Assembly (NCBI GenBank): GCA_964621835.1
Contig: CAZUMA010000002.1
Location: forward strand, 179,584 to 243,583
Reading direction: 5' to 3'
Length of the DNA stretch: 64,000 nucleotides
Origin: an uncultured Anaerolineales bacterium
GTDB lineage: Bacteria > Chloroflexota > Anaerolineae > Anaerolineales > UBA11858
Part shown: positions 46,215 through 56,187 of the stretch, piece by piece
How the letters are laid out: each line of letters begins with the position of its first letter
Numbering within the stretch: the stretch's first letter is position 1
Position numbers and translations under genes: made by a program
The notes under the pieces: model-generated
Database searches by the model: none
What the model saw: the letters and a program-made list of their open reading frames with translations, nothing else
What the model was told of the DNA's origin: nothing

Positions 46215-46724
46215 ATGATCTGCCTACCATTCAATTTCCCGGGGTTGATCTATCGCAGTCCCATGCCTTTTGGGCCTTATGACCGCAGTGGTGTCTGGCA
46301 GACTTATCAGGAGAGAGACATTGACCTGGTGGTGGTGCTCACAGAACCCTTTGAAAACAGGACGTATGCCAAAATAGACCTGCCCGAATTTTACCGCAGC
46401 CAGGGTTTGGACGTAATTTGCCTGCCAGTCCCTGATTTCCAGATCCCCCAGGACCGGGATGCCTGGGAAGAAGGCCTGGAGGAAAGCCTTCGATATCTAC
46501 AGAGGGGGATGAATGTTGCTGTCCACTGCCTGGCGGGATTAGGGCGCACCGGGATGTTTTTAGCCTGCCTGGCGGTGCATTCGCTTTCCCTGACCGGGGC
46601 GCAAGCTGTCAGGTGGGTTCGGGAGCGGGTGCCTGGGGCGATTGTAAACAAGCGTCAGGAGGACTTCTTGATTGCCTACAAACCTGAAGCTTTTAAACCA
46701 CAGAAGGGTGGCGGTGTTTCCTGA
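46215..46724 (+). CDS. Cys-based protein tyrosine / dual-specificity phosphatase
   Basis: CX5R(S/T) signature VAVHCLAGLGRTG. The ATG at 46215 is preceded by GGGGAGGG. Confidence 0.8.
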   Translation: MICLPFNFPGLIYRSPMPFGPYDRSGVWQTYQERDIDLVVVLTEPFENRTYAKIDLPEFYRSQGLDVICLPVPDFQIPQDRDAWEEGLEESLRYLQRGMNVAVHCLAGLGRTGMFLACLAVHSLSLTGAQAVRWVRERVPGAIVNKRQEDFLIAYKPEAFKPQKGGGVS

Positions 46725-46766
46725 TCAGGATCGATATTCAATATTTTTAAGAGAGGAGAAACCACG

Positions 46767-48107
46767 ATGATCATCAAAAATGCCAGGATCATCACCTGGG
46801 AAGAGGAAAATCGCATTCTCGAGGACAGTGATCTAAGGATACAAAACGGTGTGATAAAAAACATGGGTCCGAAGCTTGAGAAATCAGCGGCTGACGAGGA
46901 GGTTTTTGATGCCCGGGGGCAGTATCTCATGCCTGGAAATCTCTGTGTTCACACCCATTTCTACGGAGCATTTGCTCGCGGGATGGGAATTCCCGGCGAG
47001 GCGCCCAAAGATTTTCCCCAGATTCTTGAGAAGCTTTGGTGGCCGCTTGATATGGCCTTAGATGAGAAGGGAGTGCGTTATTCTGCGCTCGTATTTGCTG
47101 TAGATGCGATCAAGAATGGAACGACTACCCTCTTTGACCATCACGCCTCACCAAACTTCATCGATGGCTCCCTCGATGTGATTGGCAATGTGCTGGAGCA
47201 GGCCGGTTTACGGGGTGTTCTATGCTATGAGGTCACCGATCGCAACGGGAAGGACGGGGCCAAGGCCGGGATTCAGGAAAACGTGCGCATGATTAAAGCA
47301 GTCGCTGACTCACCCAAATTGGGTGCAGCATTCGGACTTCATGCCAGTTTGACCCTCGATGATGATACCCTTGAAGCCTGCCGGGATGCAGTGGGAAGTG
47401 AAGCAGGTTATCACATTCACGTCGGGGAGCATCAGGCGGATGAGTATGACAGCCTCAACCGCTGTGGACTGCGGGTGGTGGACCGATTGAAAAAGTTTGA
47501 TATTCTTGGGCCAAAAACAATTGTCGCGCATGGGGTTCATATTGATATGCAGGAAGCCGTCCTGCTGGCAGAGTCGGGTACCTGGCTGACCCACCAACCT
47601 CGCTCGAACATGAATAATGCGGTTGGGGCAGCGGCAGTGGAGGATTTTCTGCGCCTGGGGATTCCGGTTGGCATCGGGACAGATGGCTTCTATCACGCCA
47701 TGTGGGAGGAGTGGAAAACAGCCTACTTCCTTCACAAAGTTCATCATCTTGATCCGCGGAGGATGAATGCGATGGATATCATCCAAATGGGAGTCCGCAA
47801 CAACGCTGCGCTTGCAAATCTCTACCTCCCGGAAGTCAAGCTTGGGGTGATTGAAGAAGGAGCAGCCGCAGATTTAATCTTTGTAGACTATCATCCTCAC
47901 ACCCCCCTGAACGCTGGGAATTTACCCTGGCAGATCCTCTTTGGTTTTCAGGAAAGCATGATTACCTCCACGATGGTGGCTGGGGAATTCCTGATGAAAG
48001 ACAGGGAGCTGATGACCCTGGATGAGGAACAAATCAGCGCCGAAGCCAGGGCGCTGGCGCCGGAAATCTGGCAGCGGTATTCAACATATGTTGGCAGGTA
48101 CAGCTGA
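46767..48107 (+). CDS. ssnA: SsnA-type putative aminohydrolase (amidohydrolase superfamily)
   Basis: CVHTHFYGAF, LWWPLDMALDE, LFDHHASPN, QPRSNMNNAVG, GIGTDGF. By my recollection these align closely with E. coli SsnA (LWWRLDRALDE, DHHASP, RSNMNN, GTDG). Confidence 0.8.
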   Translation: MIIKNARIITWEEENRILEDSDLRIQNGVIKNMGPKLEKSAADEEVFDARGQYLMPGNLCVHTHFYGAFARGMGIPGEAPKDFPQILEKLWWPLDMALDEKGVRYSALVFAVDAIKNGTTTLFDHHASPNFIDGSLDVIGNVLEQAGLRGVLCYEVTDRNGKDGAKAGIQENVRMIKAVADSPKLGAAFGLHASLTLDDDTLEACRDAVGSEAGYHIHVGEHQADEYDSLNRCGLRVVDRLKKFDILGPKTIVAHGVHIDMQEAVLLAESGTWLTHQPRSNMNNAVGAAAVEDFLRLGIPVGIGTDGFYHAMWEEWKTAYFLHKVHHLDPRRMNAMDIIQMGVRNNAALANLYLPEVKLGVIEEGAAADLIFVDYHPHTPLNAGNLPWQILFGFQESMITSTMVAGEFLMKDRELMTLDEEQISAEARALAPEIWQRYSTYVGRYS

Positions 48108-48165
48108 AAGGTTGTGCGTGATGGATCCCTGAAAATCTCATTTTATTTGTGAAGGAGCAGCTGGT

Positions 48166-48816
48166 ATGTCGGAAAAGCCTATCATCGCAATCTTAGGTGG
48201 TACAGGACACGAAGGAAATGGATTGGCCCTGCGCTGGGCATCCAATGGATATCCTGTGATCATCGGCTCACGGAATGAAGAGAAAGCACGAAAGACAGCA
48301 GGTGAACTGAATGGAATCCTGGGAGAGGAGCTGATCCGGGGGATGGAGAACGCAGCAGCGGCAAAGGAGGCGGAGATCAATGTCCTGACAGTTGTTCAAT
48401 CCGCTCATCAAGCGGCAGTCACAGCTCTAAAAGAGGAGCTCCAGGGGAAGATATTGATTGATGCGACTGCCCAAATCTCTTTCCCAGATCCAAAACCTCC
48501 CGCCCCGCCATCGGCAGCCCGCAGGGCGCAGGACATCCTCGGGGAGGGCGTCCCCGTCGTGGCCGCCTTCCAGAATATCCCTGCCCATGCCTTGAAAAAC
48601 CTGGATCAGGAGCTGGAGAGTGATGTCCTGGTAAGCGCAGATCACCGGGAACATGCTGAAATCGTGATGGAATTGATCCAGGGAGCCGGCATGAACTCAT
48701 ACTACATTGGCGACCTGGATATGGCGATTACCATCGAAGGGTTGACTGCCGTGCTGGTCAAAATTAATAAATTCAATGATATCAAGCATGCCAGTGTTCG
48801 GATTGTGGGATCCTGA
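48166..48816 (+). CDS. npdG: NADPH-dependent F420 reductase (F420H2:NADP+ oxidoreductase)
   Basis: IAILGGTGHEGNGLALRWASNGYPVIIGSR Rossmann N-terminus, typical of the Fno/NpdG family. Confidence 0.8.
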   Translation: MSEKPIIAILGGTGHEGNGLALRWASNGYPVIIGSRNEEKARKTAGELNGILGEELIRGMENAAAAKEAEINVLTVVQSAHQAAVTALKEELQGKILIDATAQISFPDPKPPAPPSAARRAQDILGEGVPVVAAFQNIPAHALKNLDQELESDVLVSADHREHAEIVMELIQGAGMNSYYIGDLDMAITIEGLTAVLVKINKFNDIKHASVRIVGS

Positions 48817-48827
48817 AAAGGAATTGA

Positions 48828-49610
48828 ATGGTAAGAAGCAGAGATCCCCTTGTTTTAACACCGCTGGCAGGGCTTCCTCTGGTGCAGCCGGGTGACAATC
48901 TAGCAGAGCTGCTCCTTGCGGCCTTGGCTGATAATAAAATCTCTCTCCAGGCAGGAGATATCCTTGCGGTGGCTCAAAAAATCGTTTCCAAAGCCGAGGG
49001 ACGGCAGGTGGATTTGCGATCAGTCACACCTTCAAGACGTGCAAGGCGCTTGGCCCAAGAAACGGGCAAAGATCCGCGGGAAACTGAGCTGATCCTCCAG
49101 GAGAGCACCGCGATCCTTCGGAAACGCCCCGGGCTGATTATTGTGGAACATCGTCTGGGGTTTATCTGTGCGAATGCGGGGATCGACCGTTCGAATGTTC
49201 AAGCTGGTCAGGACCCGGAAGGCGAATGGGTGCTGCTGCTCCCGGAAAACCCGGATCAGTCGGCAGCAAACCTCCGGGATCGGATGCGTGATGCCGCTGG
49301 CGGGGAAATTGGGGTGCTGATCATTGATTCCCATGGTAGAGCCTGGCGGGAAGGAACGGTTGGAATATCCATCGGTTATGCCGGGATCCCCGGAATCATC
49401 GACTTGCGGGGAAGCCCAGACTTGTTTGACTATCAGCTCAAGATCACTGAAATTGCTGCTGTGGACGAACTGGCGGCAGGTGCCTCCCTGATGATGGGTC
49501 AGGCGGATGAAGGAACCCCTGTGGTCCATGTCCGCGGATTTCCCTATCCGTTACGAGAGGGATCTTTCCAGGAACTTCCCCGGAAAATTTCCGAGGATTT
49601 ATTCCGTTAA
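48828..49610 (+). CDS. cofE: Coenzyme F420-0:L-glutamate ligase (stand-alone CofE, no FbiB C-terminal domain)
   Basis: GDILAVAQKIVSKAEGR and FICANAGIDRSNV. 260 aa. Confidence 0.85.
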   Translation: MVRSRDPLVLTPLAGLPLVQPGDNLAELLLAALADNKISLQAGDILAVAQKIVSKAEGRQVDLRSVTPSRRARRLAQETGKDPRETELILQESTAILRKRPGLIIVEHRLGFICANAGIDRSNVQAGQDPEGEWVLLLPENPDQSAANLRDRMRDAAGGEIGVLIIDSHGRAWREGTVGISIGYAGIPGIIDLRGSPDLFDYQLKITEIAAVDELAAGASLMMGQADEGTPVVHVRGFPYPLREGSFQELPRKISEDLFR

Positions 49611-49692
49611 ACAAGATGAATTTACCCTGGGCTGGACGAAGTGGGTCGAATGGAATTTTTCAGATGCAAACGGGAAATGAGGGCATGATGAC

Positions 49693-50640
49693 ATGTTGAG
49701 GAAAACTACCGCATTGGCCGGGGGTGTGGGGGGAGCGAAGCTGGCAGATGGCCTGGCGCATGTTCTCCGGGATGTCAGCGTGGTCGTCAATACTGGAGAT
49801 GATTTTGAGCATTTTGGCCTGTGGATCAGCCCTGATCTGGATACCGTTTGCTACAATTTAGCTGGGATCGAAAATGAGCAGACCGGATGGGGAAGGGTGG
49901 GGGAGTCCTGGGAAACTTTGCAGGAAATTCAGGTCCTGGGCGGGCCGGATTGGTTCAAGCTCGGCAACCGGGATTTGGCAACGCACCTGGAGCGGACTCG
50001 GCGATTGGATGCGGGGGAGAAGCTTCATGAGATCACGGCAAGGTTCTGTGCCGCCTGGGGGGTGGAAGCCCGGGTTTTCCCCATGAGCAATGACCCGGTA
50101 CCCACTATGGTCTCCACACAATGGGGAGAGATCTCCTTCCAACGATACTTTGTCGAACTGGCTTGTGAACCGGTTGTATCTGGTTTCAGGTTTGCTGGGG
50201 TTGAGAAATCCCGCCCCGCACCGGGAGTGATTTCTGAGATTGAAAAAGCAGATTTGGTGGTCATCTGTCCCTCCAACCCATGGGTTAGTATTGATCCAAT
50301 CTTAGCTGTCCCTGGCATCCGTTCTGCGCTGAAAGATCCCCTGGTTATTGCGGTATCTCCGATCATCAGCGGTCGGGCCGTACGCGGGCCAGCAGCGAAA
50401 ATGTACCGGGAAATGGGATTTAATCCCTCGGCAGCTGCGGTTGCTGAGCACTATGGAGATATCGTGGATGGATTCATTATCGATGAAGAGGATGCAGGCC
50501 TGAAAGAGGAAATCCTGGACCAGGCAGATCATCCCCTGCAGGTGTTGATAACAAATACCTGGATGCGAAATCGAGAGGATAGAATCCGCGTAGCAGAAGA
50601 TGTGCTGAAATTTTATGAAGTTTTGAAGAAGGAGGTTTAG
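49693..50640 (+). CDS. cofD: 2-phospho-L-lactate transferase (CofD/FbiA)
   Basis: ALAGGVGGAKL and VNTGDDFEHFGLWISPDLDT. Confidence 0.9.
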   Translation: MLRKTTALAGGVGGAKLADGLAHVLRDVSVVVNTGDDFEHFGLWISPDLDTVCYNLAGIENEQTGWGRVGESWETLQEIQVLGGPDWFKLGNRDLATHLERTRRLDAGEKLHEITARFCAAWGVEARVFPMSNDPVPTMVSTQWGEISFQRYFVELACEPVVSGFRFAGVEKSRPAPGVISEIEKADLVVICPSNPWVSIDPILAVPGIRSALKDPLVIAVSPIISGRAVRGPAAKMYREMGFNPSAAAVAEHYGDIVDGFIIDEEDAGLKEEILDQADHPLQVLITNTWMRNREDRIRVAEDVLKFYEVLKKEV

Positions 50641-50642
50641 GA

Positions 50643-51248
50643 ATGGCTTTATGGGCGATCGTCCCTGTCAAGCCCTTAAGAAGGGGAAAATCCCGCCTGG
50701 CAGCTGTGATGTCCGCCGATGATCGAGCTGAGCTAAATCAATTTTTACTGGAACATACGATCCAGGTATTGAACCAGGTGGAGGATATTGAAAGCATCCT
50801 GGTGGTCAGCAGAGATCCGGCAGCACTGGCAATCGCCAGGGATATGGGAGCCCGAACCGTGCTTGAAAACGGAAGCCCTGATCTTAACCTTGCCTTGACC
50901 CGGGCAACCGAGGTGGCGAAATCCTATGAGACCCGGGGGGTGCTGGTCATCCCGGCGGATTTACCGCGCTTGGGGGTTGAGGATGTCAACAAGATGCTTG
51001 CTTATCGAGAGCAAGCTCCCGTGGTTGTGGTGGCCCCGGATCGGGAAAAAAAAGGCACAAATGCTTTATTCATCTGTCCTTTAGGATTAATTCGGTATGA
51101 TTATGGAGAGGGATCTTTCGCAAAACACTGTCAGCAAGCCCAGCGGGTCGGTGCGCAGCTGGAGATCTGTGATTTGCCATCCTTGGCCCTGGATCTGGAT
51201 GAACCCGATGATCTGAACTTGATGAAGACCGATATTAGGGTTGAGTGA
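50643..51248 (+). CDS. cofC: Phospholactate/phosphoenolpyruvate guanylyltransferase (CofC/FbiD)
   Basis: LWAIVPVKPLRRGKSRL and the VIPADLP motif. Confidence 0.85.
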   Translation: MALWAIVPVKPLRRGKSRLAAVMSADDRAELNQFLLEHTIQVLNQVEDIESILVVSRDPAALAIARDMGARTVLENGSPDLNLALTRATEVAKSYETRGVLVIPADLPRLGVEDVNKMLAYREQAPVVVVAPDREKKGTNALFICPLGLIRYDYGEGSFAKHCQQAQRVGAQLEICDLPSLALDLDEPDDLNLMKTDIRVE

Positions 51249-51292
51249 AAAGATAATTAATATTTGGTATCTTAGACAACTGGAGGAAAGAT

Positions 51293-52291
51293 ATGAGTAA
51301 CCCTGTTGCACTGTATTTGCAGGACGCCCACGATTTGCGGGATGGTTTAGATTATGTTCAATATGCAGAGGAGAAGGGATTTGACGCGGTCTGGCAGGCA
51401 GAATCCCGCTTAGTCCGGGATGCAGTTGTCCCGATGGCTGCCTATGCCGCGGTCACAGAGAAGATCAAGGTGGGCTCTGGAGTGATCAACAACTGGACCC
51501 GGAATATTGGTCTGCTGGCGTCGACGTTTCTAACTCTGGATGATTTGGCGCCGGATCGAATTATCTGTGGAATTGGCGCCTGGTGGGATCCCCTGGCTGA
51601 AAATGTGGGGATCAATCGTCGGAAGCCGCTGACTGCGATGAGAGAAACTGTAGAGATCCTGCGGCGGTTGCTGAATATGGAGAATGTCACCTTTGAAGGT
51701 GAGTTTGTTCAGGTCAAGAGCATTGAGCTGGATGTGGTTCATGGACGAAGAGAGCCCCGGAATGTCCCGATCATGATTGGTGCGACCGGGCCGAAAATGC
51801 TTCAATTAGCAGGGGAAATCGCCGATGGTGTGGTCCTGAATTACTGTGTTCCTGTGGAATACAACGACATGGCCATGGAAAATATTGAACTTGGTGCAAA
51901 AAAAGCAGGCCGATCGGTTGAGGAGATTGACCGTCCCCAGCTTGTGGTTTGTTCAGTGGCGGAGGAACAGGAAGAAGCCTTGGACTCCAGTCGGGAGCTG
52001 CTGACCCAGTATCTGGCGCAGCAGCCGCATATTGCCAAAGCGAGCGGCGTCTCCGAGGAGATTGTGGCGGAAATCCAATCCATCCTTGGCTGGCCGGCCA
52101 CTCATGAGCAGATTCAGGCTGCAAAACATCTGGTACCGGATGATTTGATTCACCGCATTACAGCTTCTGGAACTCCTGAGGAAGCAAAGGCCAAGGTGGA
52201 TCAGTATCGGGAGCATGGCTGCACCACGCCAATCCTTTACCCGGTTGGTGGAGATGTCAAACTCTTGGTGGATACATTTGCGGATTACTGA
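51293..52291 (+). CDS. Luciferase-like (LLM) oxidoreductase, probably F420-dependent
   Basis: [10 protein letters not shown] and [24 protein letters not shown] are typical of the LLM/Mer-like family. F420 dependence is inferred from context only. Confidence 0.7.
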   Translation: MSNPVALYLQDAHDLRDGLDYVQYAEEKGFDAVWQAESRLVRDAVVPMAAYAAVTEKIKVGSGVINNWTRNIGLLASTFLTLDDLAPDRIICGIGAWWDPLAENVGINRRKPLTAMRETVEILRRLLNMENVTFEGEFVQVKSIELDVVHGRREPRNVPIMIGATGPKMLQLAGEIADGVVLNYCVPVEYNDMAMENIELGAKKAGRSVEEIDRPQLVVCSVAEEQEEALDSSRELLTQYLAQQPHIAKASGVSEEIVAEIQSILGWPATHEQIQAAKHLVPDDLIHRITASGTPEEAKAKVDQYREHGCTTPILYPVGGDVKLLVDTFADY

Positions 52292-52377
52292 TTCTGCTCC
52301 ATACCAACCCCGGTGAAGCTTTCCTGGGAAATGACCGGAGGGTTTTTCCGGGGTACCAAGCATCAGGAAAGGTACGC

Positions 52378-53154
52378 ATGATTGTTGAATATCATCGCCC
52401 AACCACGATAAAGGAAGCCGTATCCCTGCTGAATCGAAAGCAGCCAGTGACCGTTCCCATGGGAGGAGGTCTCTTTCTGAACGAAACCAGCAGGGAAGAT
52501 ATCGCAGTAGTGGATATCCAGGATTTGCCACTTGGCCAGGTGGATCTGAAGGGAAAAAAGGTTCACCTTGGAGCTGGTGTCACGCTGCAGGAGATGATCC
52601 TGCTGCCTGAACTCCAGCCGGCTGTGCGGGACAGCATCCTTCATCAGGATACCTATAATCGTCGACATGTGGCCACACTCGGGGGTGCTCTGGCTGCCTG
52701 CACGGGCCGCAGCCCGCTGGCGGTTGTGATTTTGGTGCTGGATGCGGTCCTGGAGCTGCATGGGCCGGAAGGAGAGGTTGATCAGGAGTTCTTTGGAGAA
52801 CTTCTTCCCCTCCGCGAGGAGCATCTGGCAGGAAGGTTGATCACCCGTGTGACCCTCCCCAGGGATGTCCTGGTCTCTTATCATTTTGTCGCCCGTTCCC
52901 CCGCTGACCAGCCTATCGTGAGTGCTGCTGTAGCAGCCTGGCCCTCAGGACGGATCCGGGTTGTCCTGGGAGGCACATGTTCCCAACCCCGGTTGGTTTT
53001 GGATGGACCGGATGGGGAAGGGGCGGTCCAGGCTGCAGAGGATGCCTACAGCCAGGTGGAGGATCCCTGGGCCAGCGCGGAATACCGCTCGCACACGGCT
53101 GGGATCCTGGTTGGGCGGTGTTTGGCTGAAATTGAAAAACTTTCGGAGAGGTAG
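52378..53154 (+). CDS. ygfM: Short FAD-binding subunit of the xanthine-dehydrogenase family (YgfM-like), module B
   Basis: HRPTTIKEAVSLL...VTVPMGGG...LGGALAA. At 258 aa it is similar in length to E. coli YgfM. Confidence 0.7.
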   Translation: MIVEYHRPTTIKEAVSLLNRKQPVTVPMGGGLFLNETSREDIAVVDIQDLPLGQVDLKGKKVHLGAGVTLQEMILLPELQPAVRDSILHQDTYNRRHVATLGGALAACTGRSPLAVVILVLDAVLELHGPEGEVDQEFFGELLPLREEHLAGRLITRVTLPRDVLVSYHFVARSPADQPIVSAAVAAWPSGRIRVVLGGTCSQPRLVLDGPDGEGAVQAAEDAYSQVEDPWASAEYRSHTAGILVGRCLAEIEKLSER

Positions 53155-53155
53155 A

Positions 53156-56100
53156 ATGCGTATGTTGAACATAGAGCTCAAGATCAATCAACAAGAATAC
53201 ACTCTCCAGGCGGCTCCCGGTGAGAGGCTGTACGCTGTCCTCAGGCGCCTGGGGTTTGCTGGAGTGAAATTTGGGGATGAACAGGGGTTATCCGGGGCAG
53301 ACACTGTGCTGCTGGACGGCAAACCTATCAATGCGTATATGTACCTTGCAGCGCAGGCGGAAGGCCACCACATCGAAACCGTTGAATCCCTGGGAGAGCA
53401 TCCTCAGTTAGGCTGGAAGGAGAGTCACGGGCTGCACACCCTCCAGGAGGAATTTGTCAAGACAGGAGCGATCCAATGCGGCTACTGCACCCCCGGTCAG
53501 CTGCTGACCGCCCTGGAGCTGCTCAGACGGAATCCGGATCCCAGCGAGGAAGAGGTTCGGGATGCGCTTTCCGGGGTGCTTTGCCGCTGCACCGGGTATG
53601 TAAAACCGGTTCAGGCAGTCCTCCGGGCAGCAGCACGGCTGCGCGGGGATGATGTGCCTCCCATCGATGAACCTATGAAGGCTCCGCCTGAGTGGACGGG
53701 CACAGAACCTGAGGAGCCCATCCCCCCGGTAAAAACAGTTCAGCCGGATGGAACGGTGTTAACGGCAGAGAAAGTGATTTCCAACCTGGTTGTGACCACG
53801 GAGCCTGAAGCCTGGCAGCAGGTGGGAAAACCCAAACAAAAAGTGGATGCTGTAAAGCTCGTGCAGGGAAAACCGGCTTTCGCGGCTGATTTTGAGCGCC
53901 GGGACCTTCTTCACGCCAAAGTACTGTTAAGTCCCCATGCACACGCAGTGATTAAGTCAATCGATCCCTCCAAGGCACTGGAGATCCCGGGGGTCGCTGC
54001 AGTGCTGACCCATCACGATATTCCCCGGGTGGTTTACTCCACAGCTGGTCAATCCGACCCGATCCCGGGTCCGCTGGATTGTTTCTCTCTGGATCGAAAA
54101 GTCCGCTTCGTGGGTGACCGGGTGGCGTTTGTTGCTGCGGAGACGGAAGAAATTGCCACCCGCGCGCTGGAAGCGATTGAGGTGGAATATGAGCTGCTTG
54201 AGCCCATATTAGATTCCCGCGAGTCCATGAAGCCAGGAGCGCCAATCATCCATGATGAAGAAGAGTATGTAAATTTTGCGGATTCAAATCCACGGAAAAA
54301 TCTGGCAGCTGAAATCCGGATTGATATTGGCGAGGTCGAGACAGGGTTTGAGGAAGCCGAGAGGATTTTTGAGGCAGAATACGAAGTCCCCAAAGTTCAG
54401 CAGGCTCACATTGAACCGCATGCTGTGGTCACCTACTGGGATGAGGATGATCGGCTGGTGATTCGAACCAGCACCCAGGTGCCTTTTCACGTTCGGCGGA
54501 TGATCGCCCCGGTGCTGGGTTTACCGATCAAGAGAATTCGGGTGATCAAGCCCAGGATCGGTGGTGGGTTCGGGGGGAAGCAGGAAATGCTCGTGGAAGA
54601 TGTCGCTGCCCACCTGACCATCGCTACGGGCCGGCCGGTGCAGTATATCTATACCCGGGAGGAGGAATTCATTGCGGCCCGATCCCGTCATCCAATGCGG
54701 GTGAGGATGAAAACCGGGGTGAAAATGGATGGAACCATCACAGCCAATGAGATGTATGCCCTCAGTAATACCGGCGCCAATGGGGCCCACGCCCTGACCG
54801 TAACCGGGAATACCGGGCATAAGTCCATGGCGCTGTATGTCGGCAGCGGGGAGTACCGAAAATCTCCCAATATCCGCTTTTATGCGGATGTCGTTTACAC
54901 CAATACACCTCCTTCGGGCGCCTACAGGGGGTATGGAGTTCCCCAGGGCTTCTGGCCTTTAGAGCGCCACATGGAAAAAATTGCCCGGGAATTGGATTTA
55001 GATCCCCTCGAGTTCCGCCTTAAAAATGCTCTCCGGGCGGGAGAACTGCATCCATTCAGCACGGCCTGGAGCGAAGGAAGAGAACCAAAACCGGAGATCA
55101 TCCAGACCAATGGCCTGGCGGAGTGCGTCCGAAAGGGTAAGCAGGCAGTGGACTGGGAGGGAAAAACTGCCGATGACAGCTGGCGCACGGTTCCCGGGAA
55201 GCCGTATTTGCGCCGTGGTATTGGGGCAGCTCTGGTAATGCAGGGGACGGCGATCCCCTATCTTGATATGGGCGGAGCAAGCTTGAAATTGAATGATGAT
55301 GGTTCATTCAATTTGCTGGTTGGAGCAACGGATCTGGGGACAGGCTCAGACACCGTTTTAGGCCAGATGGCAGCAGAAATCCTCGGTGTTCCCCTGGAGG
55401 ATTTAATTGTCTATTCCTCTGATACAGATTTCACCCCCTTTGATAAAGGGGCCTACGCTTCCAGCACCACCTATATTTCCGGGGCGGCAGTGGTGGACGC
55501 GGCCAATCAGGTAGCTGAGCGCCTCCGCGAACGGGCGGTGATGATTTTGCGGGAGCGGGATCCGGATGCCTCCTACAAACCAGAGGAAATTGAGCTATCA
55601 AACCGGTGTGCTATTGCCCAGGATGGGAAAGCCGTGTCAATTGAAGAGATCGCCCTGCATTCGCTGCACCATGCTGATCAGGAGCAGATTATGGCGGTTG
55701 GTTCATTCATGTCCCCTGTGTCCCCCCCGCCTTTTGCAGCTCAGTTTGCTGAGGTCACGGTAGATGTGGAAACCGGGCAGGTTGTTGTGGATCGCCTGGT
55801 GATGGCTGTTGATGGGGGGATGATTGTCAATCCAATCACAGCCTCCGGACAGATTGAAGGGGGGATGACCCAGGCGCTTGGATATGCGGTCTGTGAGGAG
55901 ATGGTTTATGATGAGTTGGGCAGAGCCCGGGAGAAGGATTTTCGGGATTACCATATATTCCAGGCTGATGAGATGCCAGAGCTGACCACGATATTTATTG
56001 AGACTTTTGAACCATCCCATCCCTTTGGTGTCAAAGCCGTGGCGGAGATTCCCATGGATGGCGTCGCACCGGCCGTGGGAAATGCGGTGTTTGATGCCTG

Positions 56101-56176
56101 TGCGGTGGATATTGATCAAAATCCGGTCACCCCGGAGAAAATCTGGAGAGCGCTCCAGGCTGCGCAAAGCAGCTGA
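53156..56176 (+). CDS. xdhD: XdhD-like fused ferredoxin-like / molybdopterin-binding subunit with a degenerate first Fe-S site, module B
   Basis: The start ATG at 53156 follows GGAGAGG. The N-terminus KFGDEQGLSGADTVLLDG lacks the Cys ligands. QCGYCTPGQLL and LCRCTGY are retained. KPRIGGGFGGKQE and a long stretch (STQVPFHVRR...YTREEEFIA) resemble E. coli XdhD from memory. Confidence 0.8.
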   Translation: MRMLNIELKINQQEYTLQAAPGERLYAVLRRLGFAGVKFGDEQGLSGADTVLLDGKPINAYMYLAAQAEGHHIETVESLGEHPQLGWKESHGLHTLQEEFVKTGAIQCGYCTPGQLLTALELLRRNPDPSEEEVRDALSGVLCRCTGYVKPVQAVLRAAARLRGDDVPPIDEPMKAPPEWTGTEPEEPIPPVKTVQPDGTVLTAEKVISNLVVTTEPEAWQQVGKPKQKVDAVKLVQGKPAFAADFERRDLLHAKVLLSPHAHAVIKSIDPSKALEIPGVAAVLTHHDIPRVVYSTAGQSDPIPGPLDCFSLDRKVRFVGDRVAFVAAETEEIATRALEAIEVEYELLEPILDSRESMKPGAPIIHDEEEYVNFADSNPRKNLAAEIRIDIGEVETGFEEAERIFEAEYEVPKVQQAHIEPHAVVTYWDEDDRLVIRTSTQVPFHVRRMIAPVLGLPIKRIRVIKPRIGGGFGGKQEMLVEDVAAHLTIATGRPVQYIYTREEEFIAARSRHPMRVRMKTGVKMDGTITANEMYALSNTGANGAHALTVTGNTGHKSMALYVGSGEYRKSPNIRFYADVVYTNTPPSGAYRGYGVPQGFWPLERHMEKIARELDLDPLEFRLKNALRAGELHPFSTAWSEGREPKPEIIQTNGLAECVRKGKQAVDWEGKTADDSWRTVPGKPYLRRGIGAALVMQGTAIPYLDMGGASLKLNDDGSFNLLVGATDLGTGSDTVLGQMAAEILGVPLEDLIVYSSDTDFTPFDKGAYASSTTYISGAAVVDAANQVAERLRERAVMILRERDPDASYKPEEIELSNRCAIAQDGKAVSIEEIALHSLHHADQEQIMAVGSFMSPVSPPPFAAQFAEVTVDVETGQVVVDRLVMAVDGGMIVNPITASGQIEGGMTQALGYAVCEEMVYDELGRAREKDFRDYHIFQADEMPELTTIFIETFEPSHPFGVKAVAEIPMDGVAPAVGNAVFDACAVDIDQNPVTPEKIWRALQAAQSS

Positions 56177-56187
56177 CTTCAAAAATC

